A stretch of DNA of 64,000 nt from a virus (Duplodnaviria > Caudoviricetes): IMG/VR virus record IMGVR_UViG_3300028048_000068, positions 1 to 64,000 of that record; one strand, 5' to 3'. The notes under the pieces are model-generated. The model did not search any database, had not been told where the DNA came from, and was given only the letters and a program-made list of their open reading frames with translations. Shown piece by piece: positions 39,015 to 48,534 of this stretch. Each line of letters begins with the position of its first letter. Position 1 is the stretch's first letter. Made by a program: the position numbers and the translations under genes.

Positions 39015-39485
39015 CTAGTGCAGACCCTCGATTACCCTTATCAGCTGAGTCTCGGTGGTGAATGTGGCTCTTTCAAACTTGAGCTGATATGTGATACCGT
39101 TCACTATCATATCCGGACCTTCCCACCACTTCAGTGTGTCCTTTTCCCAAGTCTGTCCGAAGTATTCAGCCATTACATATTCAAAATCGTGGCCTTTATT
39201 GCTACCATATACAGGTGTCAGCATTTCGTGAACTTCTTCGAAGTGTTCAATGGTGCAGACCTTGAAAGCACCAGCCTTAATCATAGCCTTTTTCTCGTCG
39301 GCTGTAGGTCTAAAGCGCATTGATACAGCGCCGCCCTTGCTCTTAGCGGCTCTATCGAGCACACAGCCCAGGCCGTTGAACACGCTCTCGTATGCCCATA
39401 CGAAACCATCACGCGCGAACCCGTCAAAATGACGCTCGCATGCTTCGAAAGTCTTGTAATTGTCAACCATAGTTCTAAGTTCCAT
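39015..39485 (-). CDS. hypothetical protein with PD-(D/E/Q)xK nuclease-like motif
   Basis: GHDFE...GPD...YQLK; AAGGAGG RBS; TTGACA/TATAAT promoter 39512-39540. Confidence 0.7.
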   Translation of the reverse strand: MELRTMVDNYKTFEACERHFDGFARDGFVWAYESVFNGLGCVLDRAAKSKGGAVSMRFRPTADEKKAMIKAGAFKVCTIEHFEEVHEMLTPVYGSNKGHDFEYVMAEYFGQTWEKDTLKWWEGPDMIVNGITYQLKFERATFTTETQLIRVIEGLH

Positions 39486-39638
39486 TTTAGTACCTCCTTG
39501 CTATGGTTAGATTATAAGCCCAACGGCTATGTTTTGTCAATTGAAAAAATCAATAATAATAGCAGAGTATTATTAATAAAATCAATAACACAAAATCAGT
39601 AAAATCTATTGACAAACACATAAAATTGTGATTGGACT

Positions 39639-39900
39639 TTGTGATATTTTTAACAAGGGATCTCAAAATATTTGAGGCGACCAAAAGAATATTTGTTCTT
39701 TTTTGTTCCCTAAAAATCTTTTTGTTAACCTAAAGAATATTTGTTCGGATTGTTGTTTATTTATTAACAATCCGAATGTATGTTCGCTTGTGAAACTTTT
39801 AACAAGTGGATCCCATATGAACATATGAACATATGAACATATAAACATATGTTCGACCATACATACATTAACATATGTTCATATGTTCATATGTTCACTG
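39639..39900. repeat. dense cluster of Rex-type boxes and GAACATAT/ATATGTTC (LexA half-site) tandem repeats
   Basis: TTGTGATATTTTTAACAA, TTGTTTATTTATTAACAA, TTGTGAAACTTTTAACAA; GAACATAT x3 and ATATGTTC x3. Confidence 0.8.
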
Positions 39901-40085
39901 ATGAAGAGGCACTCTCATACACGCCCTCGGGCGTTTCCTCTGACGGATCCCGATGGTATGGTTAACAATATGTTCTTCATTAAGTACAAGATTGGTAGTT
40001 GACTTATGCAACCGACGAGAGTACAATCTAACCATCAGATACAGACACAGACCGCAAGGCGGTCATCACAGAGAGGAGACAGACA

Positions 40086-40319
40086 ATGTATAACGACCTT
40101 ATCAGAGAAGCAACAGCAGAAGAAATGGCAATCTATCATAGAGTCGAAGACGTACTCGATACACTGACCGAAGACGAAGAAACACGTTTCATCGAAACCG
40201 TCGGAGACAGAGTATATGACTATACTCGTAGCAAAGCAATTTATCAGAGAGCATACAGACTCGGAAAAAAATACGGTTTCACCGTTGAAGAACTCGAAAC
40301 TTGGTACTGCATCGACTAA
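40086..40319 (+). CDS. isolated small acidic protein with its own promoter and terminator
   Basis: TTGACT-N-TACAAT at 39999-40027, GAGGAG RBS, terminator 40326-40358. Confidence 0.8.
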   Translation: MYNDLIREATAEEMAIYHRVEDVLDTLTEDEETRFIETVGDRVYDYTRSKAIYQRAYRLGKKYGFTVEELETWYCID

Positions 40320-40716
40320 GTCGAAACAATAAAGTCCCTTATAAGGGACTTTTTTATTGCTTTATTCTCTGACGCTAAAATTTGCCCTCTGACGCTCAAA
40401 ACTTAATCAATTGATAGATTATACCATTTCAATAGTTTTGACCGTCAGAGGGCAAAATTTGACCTGTGAGGGGTATGCCCATGTGAAAGTACACCATAAT
40501 ATCCCGGCCCTGTTTTTATCAATGGCCCTCTCTTTTTTAGAAAAGTAGTACCTAAAACGGTTTTAGATTTTCCGAAAGCAGTTACTTAAACCTACCGCCC
40601 TGGTAGGAATTAAAATCCTAAAATATACCCCGGCTTGCTTATGGGTTAGAGGCCTTTAACTCTCCGGTCAGACCCTATGTCCTGGTACAAAATATCCACG
40701 AAATAAAAAAATAGAC

Positions 40717-41064
40717 CTACACGTAGTAGGCCTTTCTTTTACCTTTATTTTTAACCTTCACATCGCAGCTTTTAATTTTCCCCTCTCGTATAAGGTTCGT
40801 ACAAATAGCAGTGAGCCTTTGACGCGTCAACGTTGAGCCAATTTTCTCCGCCAACTCATCAATTTGAATTGGCTCCTCCGTTAGCGCCTCACAAATTAAT
40901 TCCTCGTAACGCTTATTTTCGACGTAATTTGCACTCTCCTTACTCACTTGATTCGCTCGCGCGCTACGTTCGTCCAGCTTCGCCAATTCAGCCTTGCAGT
41001 CTTCAATTAGCTCTTCCGTAATATTCCCAGCTATAACCGCTTCAAGTCTTTGTCTCCTAGTCAC
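40717..41064 (-). CDS. putative winged-helix DNA-binding protein, paralog A3
   Basis: GTG start with GGAGG RBS; IDELAEKIG..TRQRLTAIC..KGKRKAY. Confidence 0.8.
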   Translation of the reverse strand: MTRRQRLEAVIAGNITEELIEDCKAELAKLDERSARANQVSKESANYVENKRYEELICEALTEEPIQIDELAEKIGSTLTRQRLTAICTNLIREGKIKSCDVKVKNKGKRKAYYV

Positions 41065-41214
41065 TTAACTCTTCCTCCTTTTTCAATTGCTTCATTAAAT
41101 TTGTTGTACTTGCAAGTCTCACATTCCGTCTGTAGTTCATCCTCAATCGGCTTGATAGTAATACATTGCCAATTTTCTTTATCTGCATTACCATTGTAAA
41201 CTTCTATTATTGAC

Positions 41215-41451
41215 TCAATCTTTACTTCTCCGTCCATAAAACTCTTCCAACTCTACAAACTTCTCCAAATACCATATGGCTTTCTTTATATCTTCCAATC
41301 CATTTTTATTTTTGTGTCTGTAAATGTACTTAAATGCATTACAGATACAGAAATTTTTAACTGCCTCTGCGCCCTGCGTTTCAACCATTACGTCGATTGA
41401 TTCATACTTGCCTGTCGCATAGTGGGGAGGATGATTTACGTAATCTGTCAT
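41215..41451 (-). CDS. DUF3310-family phage protein
   Basis: VNHPPHY...NAFKYIYR...EDIKKAIWY. Confidence 0.85.
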   Translation of the reverse strand: MTDYVNHPPHYATGKYESIDVMVETQGAEAVKNFCICNAFKYIYRHKNKNGLEDIKKAIWYLEKFVELEEFYGRRSKD

Positions 41452-41611
41452 TGACTACCTCCTTTTTTTATATAGGTTTAACTTACTTACTATAATAATT
41501 ATAACTGAATTTTAAAAAATTATCAAATTTTCATGACTAACGTATAAGTCCTCGCGAAAATTTGACTTCTGCGCGCGTCCGTGTTATACTTAAACTATGG
41601 AGGGCACATAA

Positions 41612-42931
41612 ATGCAGAATAGACTTAAACTTAATTTTGATTTAGAAACTGCGGCTGAACGAGCACAATTTATTCAAACTTATCTGGTCCAGTTTCCTGA
41701 TTTGACTAGTTCTGAAGCCTCCACAATTGCGGATTATTTGTTATGGGGCAAGGATGGCAGTGGCGCGCCTATAGGTAAGGACACCGGATTGGAAACGCGC
41801 TGGACGAAAACAAACGAAGCTGAATCGCTCGATGCGGTTTTGGAGAATCCTGCCATGAGTAATGCGCAATTGTATACGTTAAATGATGCGGTTGTTTTAA
41901 AAAAGAACAGAGACGTTTTTAATAGAGAAGAAGCAAGAAAAGAAGCACCGGAATTTCTGCGGCCGACCTTTGAGGAACTGTGGAAGACGATTGACGAGAT
42001 TGAGCTAGAGATTAACTTTTATGAAGAGAGGATTGGAAAAAGAGAGAAACCGCCAAGAGATGAGTTAGTTAAGCGTTTTACTGACGAAGAAGTTGAACGT
42101 ATACGCGCGCGAAGCCAAAAACTTAATCAGTATGGATATTTGAAGTTGAGACATAGGATAAGAGAGTTGAGAACAGAACAGTTCACAATTAGAGACTCTT
42201 ACCGCTCAACTTTTAATATAACCCAATCAATCTATGCGCCAAAGCATAGAAGTTTTGTTTTTGACTGCGACGTGGAGGTACTGCCGCTAGGTGTAAAAGA
42301 AGGGGCAACTGGAGATATAGTTTTCGATATAAACTTTGACCCGCGCGCACTCGACGAAGAACAGCTACGTTTGATAAGTAGGTTGGTCTGGAAGAAAAAG
42401 AATTGTCAAAAGCCAAAGAATGAAATTTTTGACTTTAGAGATTTAGAAGCGGTTTATCAGTTGTATTTATTTAAAGAAGAATTTGATGAACGGCTTGAAC
42501 AAGTTAAACTAGACCACATTGTAGAGAACAACTTACGCAACCTACTTGATACACTTGATTTCTATGAACAAATGGCAGACTTAACTGACGTACAGCGTGA
42601 AATTTTGAAGCTAAAAGAACAAAAACAGAAAAACGCAGATATAGCGGGGTATATTAATAAGAAATATGGAAAGAGCTATACTGCGAATTATATAAGTACT
42701 ATATTTAAGCAGAAAATTATAGTGAAGATTAACGAGGCCGCGCAACTACATCAAGATACAATTGAAAATTGTTTTTTCGAAGAGAACTTTAAAAAATGTG
42801 GTTGCTGTGGTAGGATTTTACTTTTAGATGGAAGAAATTGGGTTAAGAAAACCAGAAGTAAAGACGGATTCCAGAGCAGATGTAAAAGATGCGAAAGGGA
42901 ACTCCGAAAAAAGAAAAAGGAGGATGGGTAA
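41612..42931 (+). CDS. putative transcription regulator (sigma region-4-like HTH plus C-terminal Zn ribbon)
   Basis: LTDVQREIL..NADIA..YISTIF HTH; CGCC...CKRC. Confidence 0.6.
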   Translation: MQNRLKLNFDLETAAERAQFIQTYLVQFPDLTSSEASTIADYLLWGKDGSGAPIGKDTGLETRWTKTNEAESLDAVLENPAMSNAQLYTLNDAVVLKKNRDVFNREEARKEAPEFLRPTFEELWKTIDEIELEINFYEERIGKREKPPRDELVKRFTDEEVERIRARSQKLNQYGYLKLRHRIRELRTEQFTIRDSYRSTFNITQSIYAPKHRSFVFDCDVEVLPLGVKEGATGDIVFDINFDPRALDEEQLRLISRLVWKKKNCQKPKNEIFDFRDLEAVYQLYLFKEEFDERLEQVKLDHIVENNLRNLLDTLDFYEQMADLTDVQREILKLKEQKQKNADIAGYINKKYGKSYTANYISTIFKQKIIVKINEAAQLHQDTIENCFFEENFKKCGCCGRILLLDGRNWVKKTRSKDGFQSRCKRCERELRKKKKEDG

Positions 42932-43247
42932 GTTGGCTTTTAAAAAGAATAGTCCTGAGAACTTACTTTCAGAAATTATAAAATTAGAACCAATTGAGTT
43001 TCTTGGGATTTGTAAAATAGTTGGGGTTGACGTTATGAAGCCAATAAGTACAACTGTAGAGGATATTACAGAGGCTGACGAAGAGGGCGGCCAAGCGACC
43101 GCACATATGAAACTTGAAGTAGAACCCCGCGAATTTAATGATATTTGGGAAGACTTATGTGATAAGTTAGAACAAATGAATAGAGTTAGAAGGCGTAATT
43201 TGGGTAAGCTAGTTTACGCCGCAACGAAAAAAGAAAAGGAGAAATAG
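42924..43247 (+). CDS. hypothetical protein
   Basis: AGGAGG RBS; ORF track frame. Confidence 0.7.
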   Translation: MGKLAFKKNSPENLLSEIIKLEPIEFLGICKIVGVDVMKPISTTVEDITEADEEGGQATAHMKLEVEPREFNDIWEDLCDKLEQMNRVRRRNLGKLVYAATKKEKEK

Positions 43248-43249
43248 AA

Positions 43250-44239
43250 ATGGCTTTAAATCCACACTTTGACATAGATTTTAGTTCAAAGAAATGTGTA
43301 TGCTGCGGCCAGATGAAAGATTCTTTTTCTTATTTAAGAACAAAATCGTTTATGTATCCGAGTGGATATGTAGATGTATGTGTAGATTGCTTGGGAGATA
43401 GACTTCAAAAATCTAACTTTGATTGGAATGTCATGGATAAGATTTGTCAGTATTTAGATATTCCTTTTCAATTAGATAAGTTTGAAGAGCTACGTCCTAC
43501 GCACTCTGCGCCCGAGCTATTAAAATCATATAACTTGATATACTTTACAGATGAATATGAGGGGATAGATTGGCAGTCTTATCAAGAGGCTTATCGTGAG
43601 TTAGATGCGGCCGGCGCACTCGACGAAGTCGTACCGGGGCTCTCTGACGATAAGCGTAGAAAACTTCAAGAGAAATGGGGTTATAACTATGATGAAGAAG
43701 CTTTAACCTATTTGGAAAACCTCTATGATGGATTATTACTTACTCAAAACATCAACGGCGCGCTTCAAGGCGACCAAGCATTGAAGATATGTAAGATTTC
43801 TTATGAAATTGATAATCGTATTCGCGCGGGAGAGGATTTTGATAAGTTGCTTGCTTCATATGATAAGTTAGTTAAAACTGGCGAATTTACTCCGAAGAAT
43901 GTAAAGAACGCAAGTGATTTTGAATCAATGGGCGAATTAGTAAGATGGTTAGAGAAACGAGGTTTTACCAATCAATTCTATGATGGAGAGACACGAGACA
44001 TTGTTGATGAGACTATTAAGAATATACAAGGATGGAATCAACGTTTATATGTTAATGAATCTGGTATTGGTGATGAAATAACACAGCGTATTCAAGCATT
44101 AAAAACCGCAGCCGAACTTGAAACATATTATGATTTAAATAAAAATGACGATAAAGATTTAGATAATTATGAAAATGAGGGATACGAACAACTATTTAAA
44201 GATGATGATTTCGTAGCTGACCTTGATGGGGGTGAGTAA
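43250..44239 (+). CDS. putative terminase small subunit (N-terminal Zn finger)
   Basis: position directly upstream of TerL; CVCC...CVDC. Confidence 0.5.
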   Translation: MALNPHFDIDFSSKKCVCCGQMKDSFSYLRTKSFMYPSGYVDVCVDCLGDRLQKSNFDWNVMDKICQYLDIPFQLDKFEELRPTHSAPELLKSYNLIYFTDEYEGIDWQSYQEAYRELDAAGALDEVVPGLSDDKRRKLQEKWGYNYDEEALTYLENLYDGLLLTQNINGALQGDQALKICKISYEIDNRIRAGEDFDKLLASYDKLVKTGEFTPKNVKNASDFESMGELVRWLEKRGFTNQFYDGETRDIVDETIKNIQGWNQRLYVNESGIGDEITQRIQALKTAAELETYYDLNKNDDKDLDNYENEGYEQLFKDDDFVADLDGGE

Positions 44240-44895
44240 TGCAGGAAAAACGAAAAAAAGTAATTCTTTCAAGTCGTCAAGAATTAATGTCTAACGACTT
44301 TATTGAACGAGCAGAGCGCGAAGGTATAGAACTGGAAAAAGGGGCTACAATTACTAATGAATATTTAAATAGACATTATGATGAATTGTGTAAGTGGGTT
44401 AATTTGTTCACTGCTTATCCAGACTACTATCTTGATATAATAAGACCTGCCGATTCTGAATTTAGCCTCTTTTTCTATCAACGATTTACACTGCGCGCGC
44501 TCATGCGTTTCAAGGACGTATTTATAACGGCGCCCCGTGCGTTTTCAAAATCATTTATTACAATACTTGCACTTTTCTTACAATGTGTATTTATACCGGG
44601 TAGAAAAATCTTTATTTGTGCTAATACAAAAATGCAGGCGGCTCAAATAACAAAAGAAAAAGTTATTGAAATTTACACGCATTGGCCATTATTGCGAAAA
44701 GAGGTCATTGGCTGGGAATTAAGTGAGTTCCCTGGAAATTTTGGTAAAGACTATGTTACTTTAAAATTTCGTAATGGGTCTATTCTTGATGTAGTTCTGG
44801 CTGGAGACGCAGCCAGAGGACAACGTCGACATGGAGGACTGATAGACGAAATTCGTGACGGAGACGAGGAAATGATAAACTCTGTAGTTATCCCT
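44239..44895 (+). CDS. terL: terminase large subunit, exon 1 (ATPase)
   Basis: FYQR, Walker A APRAFSKS, ARGQRR, Walker B LIDE. Confidence 0.9.
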
Positions 44896-45904
44896 TAAAC
44901 TTAACTAGGGGGCTTTAACCCGCGAGGGTTATTGAAAAAGGTGGTGAACGTAAGACAAAACGGTGTCGCGAAAGCGGCTAACGGGGAACGATAATAATCC
45001 AATCCCGTGCCAAGCAAGAAGTATTCTTGAAGGTGTAGAGACTAATAGTAAACTGGATTTTGTCACCAGTTGAAGCGCCACCCAACTATTTTAAAATTTA
45101 TGATTTAATTTCTTATACTTCCACTTGTTAATTTCCACTTGTTAATGTAAGATAAAATATTTACAAGAGGTAATAAAAATGTGGAAGAAAATTATTGATA
45201 ATGATATTATAACTGATTATAGTATTAGTGATTCTGGTGAGGTCAGAAAAGATACTAATAATTATATGATGAAGCCTTATATTCAACATGGATATGCCCA
45301 TGTTACTTTACAGATAAATAAAAAACCTAAACGATTTAATATACATCGTTTAGTTGCAATTGCTTTTATTCCTAATCCAGATAATAAACCTTATGTTAAT
45401 CATATAGATGGAAATAAAACCAATAATTGTGTTGATAATTTAGAGTGGGTTACACCGTCTGAAAATACTCAACATGCTGTAAAAACTGGTTTAAAATCTC
45501 CAACTAGAGAGAGAGAGGTGGTACAATTCGGATTAGATGGTAAAAAAGTTCGTGAGTATAAAAGTTTAGCCGAGGCAGCACGAATCACTGGTTCATCTGA
45601 AGCAAAAATTAGTGTTTGTTGTCAAAAACAAAGAGAGCAGCACAATGGTTTTCAATGGCGATACAAAAGTGAATGTTGTGAAAATTTACAGCCAATTAAA
45701 GAGTATCGTACAAAAAAGAAGCAAGTTGCTCAAATTGATGTTGAAACTGGTGAAATAATTGCTATTTATGAAAGTTTACAAGCCGCGGCGCGGGCAGTAA
45801 ATGGTTCACACAGCGCTATCAGTAATATAATCAATCATAAAAAGCAAACCAAAACTCATAAAGGTTTTGGATGGAAAGTAGTTGATGAGATAGTCCAATA
45901 AATG
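44896..45904 (+). mobile_element. group I self-splicing intron in terL
   Basis: 5' splice site after U paired with AGGGGG (P1); AATCCCGTGCCAAG (Q), GTAGAGACTA (R), GAGATAGTCC (S); terminal G 45904; P10 ACTAG/CTAGT; spliced frame VIP-LVNVSRR. Confidence 0.9.
45179..45901 (+). CDS. intron-encoded HNH homing endonuclease (NUMOD4-like, HNH, two NUMOD1)
   Basis: IHRLVAIAFIPNP..VNHIDGNKTNN..NLEW..ENTQH. Confidence 0.92.
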   Translation: MWKKIIDNDIITDYSISDSGEVRKDTNNYMMKPYIQHGYAHVTLQINKKPKRFNIHRLVAIAFIPNPDNKPYVNHIDGNKTNNCVDNLEWVTPSENTQHAVKTGLKSPTREREVVQFGLDGKKVREYKSLAEAARITGSSEAKISVCCQKQREQHNGFQWRYKSECCENLQPIKEYRTKKKQVAQIDVETGEIIAIYESLQAAARAVNGSHSAISNIINHKKQTKTHKGFGWKVVDEIVQ

Positions 45905-47059
45905 CTAGTAAATGTTTCTCGTCGTTTACCAAACAACACAGTTAATCCTAAAGAACCAAATGAACAGATAGTATGTGCTACAAGTGCAGGTGCAAAAACT
46001 TCATTTGCATATGATAGATTAATAGACACTTTTGAAAATTCAATTATAGACCCAAATAATTCATTTATGTTTGGGTGTGATTGGAGATTACCGGCAATGC
46101 ACGGACTCATTAGCGCTCAACACATTAAAAAATTGCAGATGAGTCCATCATATAATGCAGAATCATTTGCCACAGAATATTTATCTCTCTGGCAGGGGTC
46201 TAGCGAAGAAGCTTGGTTCTCTTATGAAAAATTATCTAAATATAGAAAAATAAAGAACCCAGAAACGCACGCAATTAATAGACCCGATTCTGAACAATTC
46301 TACTTAATATCAGTGGACGTAGGCCGAATTTCCGACCAAACAGCAGTATGCGTATTTAGAGTTAATATAGTAAAAGGCAAGTTCTATAGTACATTAGTCA
46401 ATCTAATTGTGCTTGGGCGCACTCCACAGACAAAACCTTTTACTGTACAGGCGGTTGACCTTAAAAAAATAATTGCTTTATATAATCCGCGCGAGGTTGT
46501 CATTGATACCAATGGTCTTGGTGTCGGCCTTGCTGATGAAATGATAAAGCCACAATATGATGAGAAAGGAAACATCCTTCCTGCATATGGATTTATCAAT
46601 GATGATGTATATAAAGCAATTCAACCAAAGGATGCGCCGAAAATTCTTTATGGAATTAAAGCAAATGGTCCTTTAAACTCTAAAATTCATGGTAACTGCT
46701 ATTCTAGACTTACTGGTGGTCTAGTGCGTTTTCTAATAACTGAACAGCAAGCAAAGAGTGCGTTACTTGCAACCAAAATAGGTCAAAAAATGACCGTAGA
46801 ACAACGTGTGATGCGTTTAATGCCACACGAGATGACAACGAAGTTATTTGAAGAAATGGCTAATTTGCGTTTAAAACGCACCGGAGCTAGTTTAGATATA
46901 GTTCTTGAACGAATTAATTCTCGATTCCCAAAGGATAAGTATTCAAGCTTCTCCTACGGACTATGGAGAATTAAAGAACTTGAAGAAGAATACTATAAAA
47001 CTAGTCATCGTCGGCGCGCAGGTAAACGTCAATTAGTATTCTTCTCAGGAGGAAGATAA
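45905..47059 (+). CDS. terL: terminase large subunit, exon 2 (nuclease)
   Basis: ATSAG, ISVDVGR..D, IDTNGLG, KDKYS. Confidence 0.9.
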   Translation, partial: LVNVSRRLPNNTVNPKEPNEQIVCATSAGAKTSFAYDRLIDTFENSIIDPNNSFMFGCDWRLPAMHGLISAQHIKKLQMSPSYNAESFATEYLSLWQGSSEEAWFSYEKLSKYRKIKNPETHAINRPDSEQFYLISVDVGRISDQTAVCVFRVNIVKGKFYSTLVNLIVLGRTPQTKPFTVQAVDLKKIIALYNPREVVIDTNGLGVGLADEMIKPQYDEKGNILPAYGFINDDVYKAIQPKDAPKILYGIKANGPLNSKIHGNCYSRLTGGLVRFLITEQQAKSALLATKIGQKMTVEQRVMRLMPHEMTTKLFEEMANLRLKRTGASLDIVLERINSRFPKDKYSSFSYGLWRIKELEEEYYKTSHRRRAGKRQLVFFSGGR

Positions 47060-48534
47060 TGGATGAACCAATCAAAAGAGATTTAACCTCTTTTACAAAA
47101 GCTATAGGCGATATGATAGCGAAGAATGAATCATCCTATAATTTGGCTACGCGTTACGGAAGAAGCAGATATGAAAGGACTAAAGACTATACATTAGAAG
47201 AAATAAACGATATTATTGATTCTGGTTCTCTTGAAGCTCAAATTACTCTTTCTCGTAACTATTTTAGCAAAGGCGGTTTCTATCAACGTCTGTTGATGCA
47301 CTATGCTACCTTACTCAAATATACAAGTTTACTAATTCCTCATCCAAGTTTTGGTAAAAATCTCTCCGAAAAATATATTGAGAAAAGGTATCAGGGTGCG
47401 GTTGACTTTCTTGATATGGCTAAGCTGCCTGACTTATTTACTCATATAGGCATACATGTCTTAAGAGACGGTTGTTATTATGGGGTGATTCAAGAAGTAG
47501 CAGATAAATACATATCTATATTAGACTTGCCTATCTTTTATTGTCGTTCACGCTTTAAGGATAAAGAAGGCAATGATATAGTTGAATTTAATGTTACATA
47601 TTTTGATTCTATACACGATAAAGAATATCGGAGAAAAGCTTTAGCGGTTTATCCACGTGAAGTAGTAAATTGGTACAAGCGCTATAAAGCTGGAAAAGAA
47701 ACTAATCCATGGTGTTACATTTCTACTGATGTAGGAATTTGTATGTCGTTGGTTGATGAAAGACCGATATTCCTAAATATTATTTCTGCATCATTAGAAT
47801 ATGATGAAGCCAAAGATTTAAATAGGGAAAGAGACCTTGAAGAGATTAGAAAGGTTCTGGTACAACATATTCCGCACTTAACTGATGGCGGTTTACTATT
47901 TGAGCCAGAGGAAGCAGTTGAAATGCACAAAGGCGCGGTCGACATGATGCGTAAAAATGAGAACTTAAGTGTACTCACAACATATGCTGATGTTGATGCC
48001 ATTGTATCAAAATCTGCTAATGATAATTCTCTTAATTCTGTTGATAAGGCTCTTGCGAATATTTATGCCGAAGCGGGTTCAAGTAGCCAACTCTTCGGTA
48101 CAGATTCTAATTTATCGTTAAACACTTCAATTACTAACGATATGGCTTTAATGATGGTGCTCGCGCGGAAGCTCGAAAGATTTATTACATCAATTGTTAA
48201 TTACAAATATGGTAATGCAAACATTTCCTTTACCTATAAAATTTTACCAGTATCTTTTTATAACCAAAAGGAATATGTTGAGACTAGTTTAAAATTGGCT
48301 AATTCCGGTTACAGTTTCTTACTGCCGGCTTTAGCTATGGACGTTTCGCAACGTGAACTTAGTAGTCTTAAAGATTTAGAAAACGATGTATTAAAACTGA
48401 AAGAAAAATTAATTCCGTTAAGTACTTCATATACAGAAACAGGAAATGTAGGACGTCCTACGAAAGACGCACAAGATAAAAGTGCAAAAACAGTGGCTAA
48501 TGAGGAATCGTTAGACCGAGGAGGTTCTAATTAA
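47059..48534 (+). CDS. portal protein
   Basis: size (491 aa), position after TerL, C-terminal GRP motif. Confidence 0.8.
   Translation: MDEPIKRDLTSFTKAIGDMIAKNESSYNLATRYGRSRYERTKDYTLEEINDIIDSGSLEAQITLSRNYFSKGGFYQRLLMHYATLLKYTSLLIPHPSFGKNLSEKYIEKRYQGAVDFLDMAKLPDLFTHIGIHVLRDGCYYGVIQEVADKYISILDLPIFYCRSRFKDKEGNDIVEFNVTYFDSIHDKEYRRKALAVYPREVVNWYKRYKAGKETNPWCYISTDVGICMSLVDERPIFLNIISASLEYDEAKDLNRERDLEEIRKVLVQHIPHLTDGGLLFEPEEAVEMHKGAVDMMRKNENLSVLTTYADVDAIVSKSANDNSLNSVDKALANIYAEAGSSSQLFGTDSNLSLNTSITNDMALMMVLARKLERFITSIVNYKYGNANISFTYKILPVSFYNQKEYVETSLKLANSGYSFLLPALAMDVSQRELSSLKDLENDVLKLKEKLIPLSTSYTETGNVGRPTKDAQDKSAKTVANEESLDRGGSN

Noticed and set aside
31800-39900. CRISPR array or integron attC interpretation of the repeated cassettes
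   Set aside because: Repeats are degenerate and irregularly spaced, separated by whole genes; no cas or integrase gene in the window.
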